Positions 1 to 11,923 of a stretch of 34,405 nt of DNA are shown here, in pieces. Under the pieces are notes generated by a model. It did not search any database, was not told where the DNA came from, and worked only from the letters and a program-made list of their open reading frames with translations. Each line of letters starts with the position of its first letter. The first letter of the stretch is position 1. A program made the translations under genes and the position numbers. The stretch lies in assembly GCA_002633005.1 (NCBI GenBank), contig NMRA01000205.1:68565-102969 (forward strand). The letters run 5' to 3'. Source of the stretch: Phoronis australis (Eukaryota > Animalia > Phoronida).

Positions 1-262
1 GCCTCTTTATACCTTTCTCCAGTAACACATCAGAGGCCTCTTTATACCTTTCTGCAGTAACATTTCAGAGGCCTCTTTATACCTTTCTGCAGTAACACAT
101 CAGATGCCTCTTTATACCTTTCTCCAGTAACACATCAGAGGCCTCTTTATACCTTTCTGCAGTAACATTTCAGAGGCCTCTTTATACCTTTCTGCAGTAA
201 CACATCAGATGCCTCTTTATACCTTTCTCCAGTAACACATCAGAGGCCTCTTTATTCCTTTA
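1..262. repeat. 35-bp minisatellite, about 7.5 copies, truncated by the window start
   Basis: Unit GCCTCTTTATACCTTTCT(C/G)CAGTAACA(CA/TT)TCAGA(G/T) starts at 1, 36, 71, 106, 141, 176, 211, 246. Confidence 0.97.
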
Positions 263-1228
263 CCGAAGACAAAACATGTTGTTGAGCCTAGCAAGGTGAC
301 CACTGTTTTTTCTTTTGATGATGGTGTTATAATAAACACTGAAACATGTCAATCCGGTTTAAATACATTGTTGTTAACATATGCTGCTACTTGCTATCAT
401 GGAGCTCTTTGTTCATGTCTGCAAGCAATATACCATTTTGTTCATGTCTGTAAGCAATATACCAGGTATCCCAGTTGTGTAGATGCCATGGCAATAAAGT
501 GTCACTGCCCACTGGCACTTGGCATGAGATTTGTAAGACCCTAGTTTTCCAGGTACATTGTTTTTTAATAGGCAATATGCCACAAGGTGGCGATTGTGCC
601 CCATTTTTCCAGTTCAGTTGGGAAATTGTAGCTTTTTTGCATAGTTCACACCAACTAAATGGCATCTTTACTGTCTGCCAGTTCCAGCCACAGTTCTTAA
701 CTGAATGGCAACTACTTGTGAATTTACCTTCAGTCTGCAATTTATTTTGGGCATCACTCTGAGCCCCACAATCTCATAAATTGCCAAATGTATGAACAAA
801 GACTAGTCTTTCAGTTATGAACAGAGACTAGGCTTTCAGTTATCTCCATCACCACAAGTATCCTTAAATGATGTTCTATTCAGACTCCTTTTCAGTACCA
901 ATCCTTCCGGTTTTTGTTCTGTTTTTTCATGGTGATGCAAAAGATCATGAGACGCTACCAACTAGCCTTAATTTGAGTAGATGTTTTCTCCTGTTGCTAA
1001 AGTATTTCTGTGACCATGTGGTTAGCACGTTTCCATAATGAACAGAAATCCAGTTAAGGAAGACAAGCAATAATAATTAACAATAATAATTAACCAGTTC
1101 CTAACTGTTGTTATCCACATAAATGGAGACAAGTAACATTTTTGAAACTACCTTAAGGTTTATTGTGGAATATTTTATCATTTTTTCATAAAAGTTACGT
1201 AGCACCAAGGTTCACTTTGTTCAATTTT

Positions 1229-1388
1229 TGCATGAGATACTACAAGACAATACATTGCATGAGATACTACAAGACAATACATTGCATGAGATACTACAAG
1301 ACAATACATTGCATGAGATACTACAAGACAATACATTGCATGAGATACTACAAGACAATACATTGCATGAGATACTACAAGACAATAT
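1229..1388. repeat. 27-bp minisatellite, about 6 copies
   Basis: Unit TGCATGAGATACTACAAGACAATACAT; explains the repetitive ORFs at 1163-1416. Confidence 0.97.
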
Positions 1389-1727
1389 TTTGAGAAGTTG
1401 TGGTCATTCACAATGATATTGGAAGCCCTTGAAATTGAAAAGGCATCTTTACATGTTTGTACAAAATTGATTAGATTTTATTTAAAAGTAGGTCCAAGGG
1501 TTCATCTTGTTTTAGTATCTGTTAAATCTCAAAGTGCCGTAATGTTCTTGTGCATTAACATGATTTAAATAAATGTTATGTCAAATAAATGTTCATTTTG
1601 GGAATCTCACTCTGTTGTCGTGGTAATATAATTGCCCACCATCTTGGATTGTTTAATGAGCTTTTGATGGATTACTGCTTCTGTATTTTGTTGTACTCAG
1701 ACTTCCATTGATTTCTTTGTACTACAG

Positions 1728-1808
1728 GAGAGCAAGCAGAACCTAATCCGTGTACTGGTGAAGCAGAACACCAGCTCCAAGACAAAATTAGAATCCCAGA
1801 AAAATCAG
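1728..1808 (+). CDS. HAUS5: HAUS augmin-like complex subunit 5, internal exon (first seen in window)
   Basis: tacag|GAG...CAG|gtaagt, phase 0-0; ESKQNLIRVLVKQNTSSKTKLESQKNQ resembles the remembered HAUS5 segment Q.QVRLLIKGNSASKTRL. Confidence 0.88.
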
Positions 1809-2297
1809 GTAAGTGCTATGCAATCGGTGGTTCATCCAGATTACAGGTGTTGTGTGAGATTGGTGCACTGGTGTGTTCGTATGGCCACTTTGTTCTGGAG
1901 CAAAGAGATCTGGAATTATAATAAGCGCTTCTTTTCAAGTTTGTGCATAAGAAACTCCACCTGTTTCACATGTACTCCGTCAATAGATTTGTACAAGAGC
2001 CACTGTCGTCAAGAAGTCGGTTTATCAGAAACTATGGTAACCCCCTGTATCTGTCACTCCCAACTCAGGTGTGCATTTTACGGTCAAGGTATTGTTGGCA
2101 AGTGCACCTGAGCCGCTTTGCTTCCTGTTCCAATTTTTGTGAACAAAATGATTCATCAAATATTAAGTGAAAATCTGGGTCTAATGTAAGTTGAATTTGT
2201 TCAAAGGTGGACTGAAAATCTGGTTTTATTTTTTTGCATTTAGCTTGTCTCAGTTTAGAGATGTAGTTTGACACCTGTGTTTCTTTTGTCTTTTCAG

Positions 2298-2443
2298 ATC
2301 CTTCATTACCTCCAGACAACAGTGTGCGCCCACGAGGCTGATACTATTTCCATGGTTGCGCAGTTGAAGCATGGCATTAGGCGTGAGATCGAAGCCTTTG
2401 CTGGAATCTCACTGCCTTACCTCATGTTCACAGTAATGGATAA
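2298..2443 (+). CDS. HAUS5: HAUS5 internal exon
   Basis: ttttcag|ATC...GATAA|gtgagg; ILHYLQTTVCAHEADTISMVAQLKHGIRREIEAFAGISLPYLMFTVMD; phase 0-2 fits both neighbours. Confidence 0.85.
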
Positions 2444-2528
2444 GTGAGGTTCCAGGTTTTTTCTTTGACTCAGTCTTTTGTATGATTTAAATGACATCCT
2501 CGTGTGTTTCTTTTAATGCTTTGTGTGG

Positions 2529-4167
2529 TTTTATTATGCGCCCACATATTTATATGTGGACGCATTATGCCGTCATCTCCGTCCGTCCGGGCGGCGTCCG
2601 TCCGGCGTCCGCTGCTTCATCTCCAAAACCCTTTGACATACGTTCATGAAATTTGGCACATATGTTCCATTCATGAATGGGACGGCATGTGCGAACTTTC
2701 GGATGGATCCGACTACCGGTGTGCCCCCTAGTGGCAATTTTATTTTTTTACGCTTACCTTTGTATCTTCAAAAGTCCTGAACGGATTTTCATGAAATTTA
2801 GTATGTAGGCACCTATTAGTGAGATGTCGCTATCCTCCCGTTTTCAGATGGATTCGACATAGTTTGCGCCACCTAGTGGCCATTTTTAGTGTTTTCGAGT
2901 CTGTTTTTGTGCGTCCACCTCTCTATCAACCAAACCGCTCGAAGGATGATTGTGAAAATTGGCATGTATATGCTTACTATGTAGAGGATAGTTGACGATG
3001 ATTTTCAGACGATTTAGACTACTGTGGCGCCTCCTATTGGCAGTTTTGTTTTTTGCGCCTATGGCTGTATCTCCTAAACCGTTCGCAGGATCTTTATGAA
3101 ATTTAATAAGTGATTATGTTAACAACAGACGATGACGACTTTTGGACGGATTCCGCCTACCAGTGTGCTCCCTAGTGGCAATTTTATTTTTTTACGTTTA
3201 CCTCTGTATCTTAACAAGTCCTTAACGGATTATCATGAAATTTGGTATGTAGGCACCTATTAGTGCGATGACGCTATCCTCCCGTTTTCGGATAGATTCG
3301 ACCTAGTTTACAACACCCAGTGGCCATTTTTACTGTTTTTGAGTCTGCTTTTTTGGCGTCCACCCCTCTATCAACCAAACCGCTATAAGTATGATTGTGA
3401 AAATTGGCATGTGTCAGGGCTTGGAATTTTCCGCGGAAACGCAGATTTCCGCTTTTTTCAAATGTGCTTTCCGCTTTTTTTTATAATATTTCCGCGTAAA
3501 AAAATCGGATTTGATATGAAATTTCCGCGGCAAATTCCTTTCTTACCGCGGCGTTGCAGACAACGTTCACCTCGAAAAGCGGAAGTTGCTCTTTATGTTC
3601 GGAGGAACGTAAATTGTCAACATTGCCGGGGCGTCTGGGATAGCGTGGTGTGATTTTCAATGGCGTCTCGTGTTATTGTTAAGCGCGGCGACAAATACTA
3701 CCGCTCTGCAGCCAAAAATGTGTGGGTTGGAAGTAGACGGGCGAGCTAAAAGGACGCAGACGCACGCTACTGATGGTAACGTTTTTTTTTTTTTATTTTT
3801 TTTTTAGTCCTCCCGATTTTTGTCGGGGAAAGGTTCACATTGACCAGTTCTAGGCTGGTTATCGGGCGATGATTTGGGCCGTAAAAGTTTCAAAGTTTCC
3901 GCGTTTTTTGTCGTTGGTCATTCCAAGCCCTGATGTATGTTCTTACTATGAAGAGGACGGTTGACGCTGAATTTCCCATGACTTTGATTACTGTGGCGTC
4001 TCCTAGCCTATTGAGGAGACAATGACCATGCCTTTCCATTTTGCAAAGTACAACATACTACATATATGCCCTCTACTGGCCACTTTATGGTACCAATAAA
4101 CAACCCTAGAAGGATACCGTATGCGGTGCAATTGTGGGCGCTTTTCAACGCTCTGCGTTGCTCTTGT
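2529..4167 (+). mobile_element. Non-autonomous Helentron-associated (HINE/DINE-1/pearl-like) element in a HAUS5 intron
   Basis: 5' hairpin ATGCGCCCACATAT/ATATGTGGACGCAT; (GTCC)n-like microsatellite at about 2575-2612; internal tandem units of about 140-160 bp; 3' subterminal inverted copy TGTGGGCGC (4133-4141); terminal stem-loop CAACGC-TCT-GCGTTG (4146-4160) followed by CTCTTGT. Confidence 0.8.
3415..3932. mobile_element. hAT-like MITE nested in the HINE
   Basis: Perfect 13-bp TIR CAGGGCTTGGAAT...ATTCCAAGCCCTG; splits a HINE unit that is intact at about 2960; flanks ATGTGT/ATGTAT (imperfect duplication); no ORF. Confidence 0.8.
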
Positions 4168-5660
4168 ATCAATGATTAAAGTTGTCATCATAAAAAAATG
4201 TTCATCTAAGAAATCTTTGTAATCTTCTTTCTGGGATAATAATTCTCATCTTGGAAATGTTTAGAGGAAAGTTAAGAGGGTGAAAGAGTGTAAATTGAGA
4301 CATTCGCTTGTCAGAAATATTTCTGATCAGCAAAGAAATTCAACTTATTAATATCTTAATTAATAATTTAATGTGCGGATAGCAACATATCTATTTTGTG
4401 TTGAAGAATGTTGCCAAAATTTGTCAATGTTTTTAAGGTGAAAGCAAGTAAAATTTTGATCTTAATGTTTTATGTGTAAAAACACTGACAGATCGCTCAT
4501 TATATTGGAGAGACATTTTTCAATGTTAATTACTGTTCTGTTTGTTTGTATTTACTTGCTATGGAACAAAAGAAAGTGACGTTAACGCCCCAGCAAAAGA
4601 CCTGCTTCTTAATACCGCATTCAGCTCCTTTGAGAAAGCACAAATGACTACCACAGACTACATGCATTCACTGGCCAGTGGGATGTTGTGTTTGTTCAAT
4701 GGAAGTGAATGCAGAGCCAAGATTTGAGCCTTTTGCTGGGTTGTTTATGTCAGTTTCCAGTGTTGCATGCATAGTAAATATACGCCAACGGAACTATAAG
4801 CACAGATGAATGTCTTAACATGATGACCAGGATTTGTATTTTTACTTAAAATAACATCAAAAACAGTTACTGTAATGCAAACATTTAAGTTTTGCCAGCA
4901 CGCCATCTGTTGGCCACATCACGTGACTTAATGAATGTAAGTTTGAAAAGATTTCAGCCCCTACCAGCAAGACTTTAAGTGTTTGCAACATATTTTTCCC
5001 GCCATATTGAGATTGACATACTCGTATTCAAAAACAGTAATGCATTTTCCTTTAAGTTAACATTCCAATTGATATTCTTTTGTCCTTTTTTACTGGAAAT
5101 TTCTTGACCATGAGTTTGATGTCCACTCAAATACTCAGAATGCATGAAGATGAATTGTTTAACAGGAGTTGTTCTTATAACAGGATCTCCATTCTTCTCC
5201 AGGTTTGTACAGTCAGGTAATTTTCAAAACAACCTGAACATTCTTCAAAAGACTTCTGTCAGACTTAGCCAAACTTGGACAAACTTTACTTTAGTCAGAA
5301 TGGTTTTGAAACTCTGTTAAACATTTTTGGCAATAAAATGGCATTTTGTCGAACTGTAATCAGAGTTCAGTGGACAACATAGTGCCTAGTCGCTAACTGT
5401 GTATAAGTACATAGACTTGTAAAACAATTTGTTAGAATTTCAAGTACCTGGAGCAATTCTTCTCTGACAAGATTTTGTTGAGAATCTGCTGGAATTGAAA
5501 CGTTTTCTTGTCAAAAAGAAATTGGATAATTATTTAGTTGCGGCTTCGTCTGTCAAAACAGTCGAATTACAGCTTGGTCCAGTTCATTTTGAATCCACTG
5601 TGCAATCCGCAATTTAATGTATAGTAGTGATTATTCATTTTGGTTATACTTACCTTGCAG

Positions 5661-5778
5661 TGCCCACAAAATTGCAGTCGTGGATTTATCTATAAACCGC
5701 TTCAGTGACCCTGTATGGTCTGCGGCCAATCAGTCGATCCCAAAGGTCCTGGATCTGATTAAATTCCCAAGGTTTAAG
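5661..5778 (+). CDS. HAUS5: HAUS5 internal exon
   Basis: ttgcag|T GCC...AAG|gtaaaa; AHKIAVVDLSINRFSDPVWSAANQSIPKVLDLIKFPRFK; phase 2-0. Confidence 0.87.
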
Positions 5779-6161
5779 GTAAAATTATTTGGAGTTGAAA
5801 CAAATCTTTAATCTGAATTACAACATGGATTTAAACGAATGCTCAATTTTGTTTTAATCAAAGGCACATGGACATGACTGTTTGAGTGGCTCTAAATTCT
5901 ATCTTGTTATATAATAGCACTGCGTGTATTTTTGCAATGCACTTAATATGCATGATAATTTGCAAAATGAAAATGGATATTAATTTGTAAGACATTCCAT
6001 TGATATTTTGTTATATTAATGATTTTACGCTTTTTTCCAAGGATCCGTGTGAGGCTATGAAAACCTAGAATACAATTTGTTTAGTTTTAATTTTTAAAAG
6101 TATATTAGTCTATTACTGGTTTGATTCTTGATAACTTGTGAACCTCTCTCTTGTTCTCTAG

Positions 6162-6294
6162 AGCCCAGAACATGTTTTATTCTTGGCATTGGATATGAAG
6201 GTAAGAGTGGACGAACTGTCCGACTTGCTGGTCAATCGACCTTTGACACAAGACACTGGACACGAGCAGGCATACAGTGTGGAGAAAATAACTC
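6162..6294 (+). CDS. HAUS5: HAUS5 internal exon
   Basis: ctctag|AGC CCA GAA...ACT C|gtaaga; SPEHVLFLALDMKVRVDELSDLLVNRPLTQDTGHEQAYSVEKIT; this donor (phase 1), not the one at 6201, keeps frame with the next exon. Confidence 0.82.
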
Positions 6295-7330
6295 GTAAGA
6301 ATTCATATTGGAAATAACTCTGGTGGCAAATAGCTTAATGTTGCATTCTAATTTCATAATCACGGTTGAAGACTGGCTAATCTACATCTGCCATCAGCAC
6401 TGTGAAATAGAATTGTGTACTAGTCTGAAAGATATAGCTGGTTACACGATATTGAGCCTAGGTGAACACTGTAGTTTTTAAAAGAAAGTTGATGTCTCTT
6501 CTCGTCAAATATTGGTGAACTTTAAAAATTTTCAAATGATTTAGAAAGTGTTATTTTTCGTCTGATTTATGCTTGAGTTTGTCACCATATTTTTGGCAAA
6601 GCCAAGCGAATTTCAACAAAATTCAACTTTTTTGTAAAAACCAGCAGTAGTTAGCGAGAGACAGTTTTATTCTGATCTTAATGATTTTTCAACTCTTTGG
6701 TTGTTATCCAAACCAAAAAGATCATCAGTCTCAAGGCCACACACCACAATTGATTGATTTTCTCAAGAAGCTATGTCCCACCAGGGAAATTGTTTTGCTA
6801 ATCATAAAATTATTTTGGCTAGGGGGTTCTGTTTTGTCAAGATGCAAGCTCCGTTTGTCTGTTTCACAGAGATAAATGATATAGTATTACTTTTTCTGCT
6901 GAATTAGGAAGGCTGTTTACATCTTTTCCTATTGTTTCATGGATTGTACTTACTCGCTAACAGAATGGTTACTAACGTGGACAGATGTCTGAAACATAAC
7001 CAGGGTTCCATTTTTGCAATAAACATAACATCAAAATGGTTGATTTCACTTAGAATTTAAAAATAACAGATTCTGAAATTTGAAGTTGATGGTAAAATGC
7101 AACATTTCTCTCTATCAGGCATCTTCAGGTGACTACCGCTTAAATATCAAGTGTTCAAGACACAATAGGTTATCATAGCTGCAGGTTGAAAAACCTGTTT
7201 GGTATTTGATGAATATTGTGTTATTCACAGGACACATCTGAATTACAAAGATTACTTTTTAGCAAACTTGTCATTTTGGCCACAACTGTTCCAGTCAACC
7301 CTTTAAAATGTTATTTTGTTTATGTTGCAG

Positions 7331-7463
7331 ACATGTGCGATGAGGTTGCTAAGCATAATGAGGCTCTCCTGGGTGAACTACAACCATCGCTGAAATCAAG
7401 GATATCCCGTGCTACCCAGGCCCTGTCTGACTGCATCAGTGTCAAGGACACGGTTGGAGTGTG
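7331..7463 (+). CDS. HAUS5: HAUS5 penultimate coding exon
   Basis: ttgcag|AC ATG...GTG TG|gtaagt; MCDEVAKHNEALLGELQPSLKSRISRATQALSDCISVKDTVGV, coiled-coil-like. Confidence 0.88.
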
Positions 7464-7971
7464 GTAAGTTGGATAGCAGGGGGGCTAGTATTTTAATGTA
7501 TGGTCTGTTTGCAAATATCATCCATTATCTTTCAAGGTTTTGCTTCAGGGAAGTGAGTTTCTGCATTTCTTGGTTACTAGATTCCTGGAATAAAGGATCA
7601 TGTTCATGTGATTTTTGTTTTTAGTAACTGAAGGATGTTATACGTCATTTTAATTAATTCTCTGTTGTTCCATACTCATTGGGGTTAACACTTTGAGCAT
7701 CTAAACTCAGAAAGTCAAAAAGTCAGCACACCCCTATGTGGTCCGTTTCATAAAAATCACTCGAGACTTACGACAGAAATTTGATCATATGCTTCTCCCA
7801 ACTATTTCTGGCCACGGTCAAAGACGTTCAATTTATTGCGCGTCTTGAAATTCCCAATACCTGACCTTATCAATTGGGGGTGGGTGTGTATTTGTTAGTT
7901 GATGGTGTGTAATTGAAACACAGCTTACTCGTCTTGATCATGTGTAGTCAGTGATTGGTTGTTACTTGCAG

Positions 7972-8083
7972 GTGGGACCAGCCAGCCCAACATACTGTGC
8001 CGTGGGTGATGGTGGACCAGCACACATTGCAACAGTGGAGAGATAAGTGGACCGTGACAGTGACCAGGCTGAGGCAATTCTAG
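7972..8083 (+). CDS. HAUS5: HAUS5 terminal coding exon
   Basis: ttgcag|G TGG GAC; WWDQPAQHTVPWVMVDQHTLQQWRDKWTVTVTRLRQF* matches the characteristic HAUS5 C-terminal WW(E/D)QP...L.QW...W motif. Confidence 0.9.
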
Positions 8084-8230
8084 TGGACCGTTACAGTGAC
8101 CAGGCTGAGGCAGCTCTAGTGGACCATGGAAGTGACCAGGCTGAGTTAGCTCTAGTGGACTGTGGAAGTGACCAGGCTAAGTTAGCTCTAGTTGACCGTC
8201 ACTAGGCTGAGGCAGTTCTAATAGACCGTG
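8046..8230. repeat. 36-bp tandem repeat, about 5 diverging copies, spanning the HAUS5 stop codon
   Basis: Unit AGTGGACCGTGACAGTGACCAGGCTGAGGCAATTCT; the first copy is coding. Confidence 0.93.
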
Positions 8231-9440
8231 TCCTAATGATTTGGACGTCTAATGCTTTCAGATCAAGAACCGATAAAGCAATAGACTGATATTAGGCCAA
8301 AACTTTGGTAATCTAATGTGTTCAGATGATGAGGGATGAGGTTGCCAAGATTGATTCATGTTTGAGCTGAAGTCTCTCGCTTGTCAGGGCTTAGGTTTCA
8401 AACTCTGTGTTCCTTGGTTGGCTGTGAGCATTGCACCAATTCCTTTTTGCCCATCACTGCTTGGTCTATATTTATCATAGTTTAAATAGCATGGGGACTG
8501 AGACTTTTACAAGACACATTAAATAGTAGCGCCTTGACACGTGTCAATCAAGAACTAATTGAACGTGAACATTGCCAGCCTGAGGATAAAATGTAAAACA
8601 TCAGATGTCACATTTAGGAAATTTTATGCTAATCATTTGAGTTGTTTGCAAATTTATTTTGAACGCTATTTTAGTGCAGCAAAAAATCCCTGAAGTTGAA
8701 AACTGTTGTTATGCCAATATGGTTTGTAGTCGGAGGATTCACTCCAGTCTTGAAAATCTAATGGGTGTGGACTGTGCTTTTAAACTTGAATGTGCAAAAT
8801 TTGTTAAATTAGTTTAGGTGATTGGATGTATTCAGCACAAACTGAATGTACATGAAGGTATAAAATCATAGTTAGTTCTGGTCTGTACGCAACTTATTTC
8901 AACTAAAAACATAAAAAGCAGCTACCTGCAACAATTTCAAACAATGTCATTTTTTTTGAAAAGCTCCACAAAGGCACAGAAGCCATGATTTCACAAGCAA
9001 TTACCAAAAAACAAATCATTTTGTTCATCTTGTTTGGATTTTCTTTTTCACAAAAGTGGGCAACAACTAAAAATACTGCACCACCCACTTGATTTTCAAA
9101 TAACAGACATCACAACTCACTACCGTTCTTTTGGTCTGATGGTAGGATTCAAAACTTGCGAAACTGGATCCATACGGCCATTGTCTGCAAGGACAGCTCA
9201 TGAAATCTGTTTGATCAGCCAATGACTATGGCCCTTTGCACATGAGCATTCGTGTTGTGTGAGAGCAAAATTATTCCTCATACCTGTTGGCTTGTCCCAG
9301 CAATAGGCAAACATTCCTGGAATATACACTGTATATTGGACGTGTCATTATTCAGCTGTTCATATTGTTTTTAATGTGTGTGAATATGTGCTTTTTAATT
9401 ACTGAACTGATATTCATCATTTATTGTTTCAATCTTTAAG

Positions 9441-9446
9441 AATAAA
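9441..9446 (+). terminator. Candidate HAUS5 polyadenylation signal
   Basis: First AATAAA I found after the stop codon, followed by a T-rich tract at about 9455-9480. Confidence 0.5.
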
Positions 9447-9977
9447 ACTAATATTGTTTCTGCTTAATTTTTTTTTCTCATTCCATGATTCACTCTGCTA
9501 TTGCACTATGGTATTGCACTATTCTCTAAGTTGCAAAATTCACTTTCAACATGTTCACTAACAGGCAAAGAAAACTAAAATTTCCCGTTGAGAACTTAGC
9601 AAAATGCTATTTCCAATAATAAATAAAACTCGCATAATGTATAAAAAATGTCTATTCAAATATTGCACTAATTTTACAAACAGCAATTTGCATAGGACTA
9701 CCATTAAGACCTTTGACTCGACTTCTTGTCATAAAATCTGATTCGAAATCACTAAGGAGTACTGTGTCTTCAAACAGTTATTATCATTCCTAAGAATCTA
9801 CATAGCCTCAGCAAATTCCCTGATTTGGTGAACGAAAATCAAGGACTACAGCATCCAATCTTCAGTTGGGACCAGTTAGTGCCATTGGAACTGTGTATCA
9901 GTTTTGATGGTTACTTGTACATGTATGCTGATGGCTTAAAAATAATCATTGAAATCACTCCACTTAAGTCAATCCTT

Positions 9978-10183
9978 ATGGGTTCATAAGGAAGTTACAA
10001 AGTGCGCCAGGTCCCATAATGGGTTCATAAGGAAGTTACAAAGTGCGCCAGGTCCCGTAATGGGTTCATAAGGAAGTTACAAAGTGCGCCAGGTCCTGTA
10101 ATGGGTTCATAAGGACGTTACAAAGTGCGCCAGGTCCCATAAGGGGTTCATAAGGAAGTTACAAAGTGTGCCAGGTCCCGTAA
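9978..10183. repeat. 41-bp minisatellite, 5 copies, probably in the 3' UTR of the minus-strand gene
   Basis: Unit ATGGGTTCATAAGGAAGTTACAAAGTGCGCCAGGTCCC(A/G)TA. Confidence 0.95.
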
Positions 10184-10384
10184 CCATCACAGATCAGCAT
10201 ACACTACAGCTTGCCATCACATTTTACTGAATTATATTCTATTGGTTCACAAGCGCCAAAGTGACAACGCTCTGTTGACCGATAATCCAAACAAACACTT
10301 CAAGTTGGCATCTTGAGCTAGGCATGTCAATTAACTCTATTCTAAGTTTTCTCCAAATGTAGTGACATTTAGCATCAACTAGTT

Positions 10385-10575
10385 CTAAATATTCCCCCTA
10401 AATATAGTCCTGTGATTGTGCTGTCCATCACTGACAGAAGTTTCTGTGGTAGCATTCTTGCAGGACCGCCCATTTTCCTCAAGGGTCAGCCCCTCGGGGC
10501 AACTGCATTGGAAACTACCTGGTGTGTTGATGCATTTGTGTGTGCAGGGCTTCTCATGTCTGCATTCATTAAGAT
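10385..10575 (-). CDS. VWCE-like secreted EGF protein, exon 12 (cbEGF, tail, stop)
   Basis: DLNECRHEKPCTHKCINTPGSFQCSCPEGLTLEENGRSCK...GNI*; cbEGF consensus; phase-1 acceptor. Confidence 0.9.
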
Positions 10576-10809
10576 CTACGTACACAATAGTGAGTTATTT
10601 TAATAACAATATGTCAAAATAAAGTGTTTTACAATTAGTTTTCTCTCTTAGAAACACATGTCTACATTCGCCATGAGAATCTTATAATTTCGTGAAAAGT
10701 TTGAAAAGTAACATCACCCCTTTTAACCATGTCTAAGAACTGCAACACAAAAACATGAAATTTCTTTTTCAATCTTTATTGATGGAAAACACTTAGTTTC
10801 ACTTACAAT

Positions 10810-11147
10810 ATCGAGTGCCGTGCTGCACCAGTTACACTATATATTGAGTGCTGTGCTGCACCAACACTACATATTGAGTGCCGTGCTGCACCAACACTAC
10901 ATACTGAGTGCCGTGCTGCACCAACACTACATATTAAGTGCCGTGCCGCAGCAATTACACTACATATTGAGTGCCGTGCTGCACAAACACTACATGTTGA
11001 GTGCCGTGCTGCACCAACACTACATATTGTGTGCCGTGCTGCACCAACACTACATACTGAGTGCCGTGCTGCACCAACACTACATATTGAGTGCCGTGCC
11101 GCAGCAATTACACTACATATTGAGTGTCATGCTGTACCAAGACTACT
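10810..11147. repeat. 30/33-bp minisatellite, about 11 copies
   Basis: Unit ATATTGAGTGCCGTGCTGCACCAACACTAC with +3 variants; intronic. Confidence 0.95.
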
Positions 11148-11233
11148 GAGGTACTTTGAAGTTCAATAATTAGTAGTCCAAGTGTTGTGTTGTTAGACTA
11201 ACCTTTCAAGGCGATCAACGAACAATTACTTAC

Positions 11234-11329
11234 CCAACTGGCAAATGATTCCGTAGAAACCAACAGGGCAGCGACATTTTCCAAACTCACAGACACCACC
11301 ATTTTTACAATCAGGTATACAAACAGAAT
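11234..11329 (-). CDS. EGF protein exon 11 (EGF-like)
   Basis: DSVCIPDCKNGGVCEFGKCRCPVGFYGIICQL; tttag|...G|gtaagt; phase 1-1; absent from the ORF track. Confidence 0.92.
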
Positions 11330-11690
11330 CTAAAATAAAAGACAAACAGTTTGGAATCAATTTTAATTCCAAAAGATCACACCAATTCACAAGCTTTCAA
11401 GTGCCAATAAAATTTTTAAACCAAATTTAAAACATTAACGTTGAAAACCGACTAACAAAATTATCAAAATCTTAAAGATACAAATGGCTGCTATAATTTC
11501 AAAAGATTAGTGTTTTCATCATTCTAGATTTTAACCACAACTTTGGCAAAGCTAGACCAGTAAACAAATTGTTATTGATTTTTGAAAACTACGTTCTATT
11601 ACGGGCGACTATATTAACTAGATAGTACCTCCTTTTAGCATGTGAACTGAGAGCAGGAGGTAGTCAGTAATGGTGGTATTCATGGTATAA

Positions 11691-11923
11691 GGAGCCCACA
11701 TAACCTGATGGGATGCATTTCTCTGGAAAGGATCATTGTTTGACTAGTGTCACCTAGTGTGACTGGAGCCCACATAACCTGATGGGATGCATTTCTCTGG
11801 AAAGGATCATTGTTTGACTAGTGTCACCTAGTGTAGCTGGAGCCCACATAACCTGATGGGGTTCATTTCTCTGGAAAGGTTCATTGTTTGACTAGTGTCA
11901 CCTAGTGTAACTGGAGCTCCCAC
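11691..11923. repeat. 74-bp tandem repeat, 3 copies
   Basis: Unit GGAGCCCACATAACCTGATGGG...CACCTAGTGTGACT at 11691, 11765, 11839. Confidence 0.95.

Noticed and set aside
296-762. Cluster of short ORFs as a TE remnant or upstream HAUS5 exon
   Set aside because: No recognisable domain and no convincing splice pair in frame with the 1728 exon.
1163-1416. Repetitive ORFs (CMRYYKTIH and others)
   Set aside because: Products of the 27-bp repeat.
10820-11149. His-rich repeat protein ORF
   Set aside because: Translation of a 30/33-bp intronic minisatellite with no gene structure.
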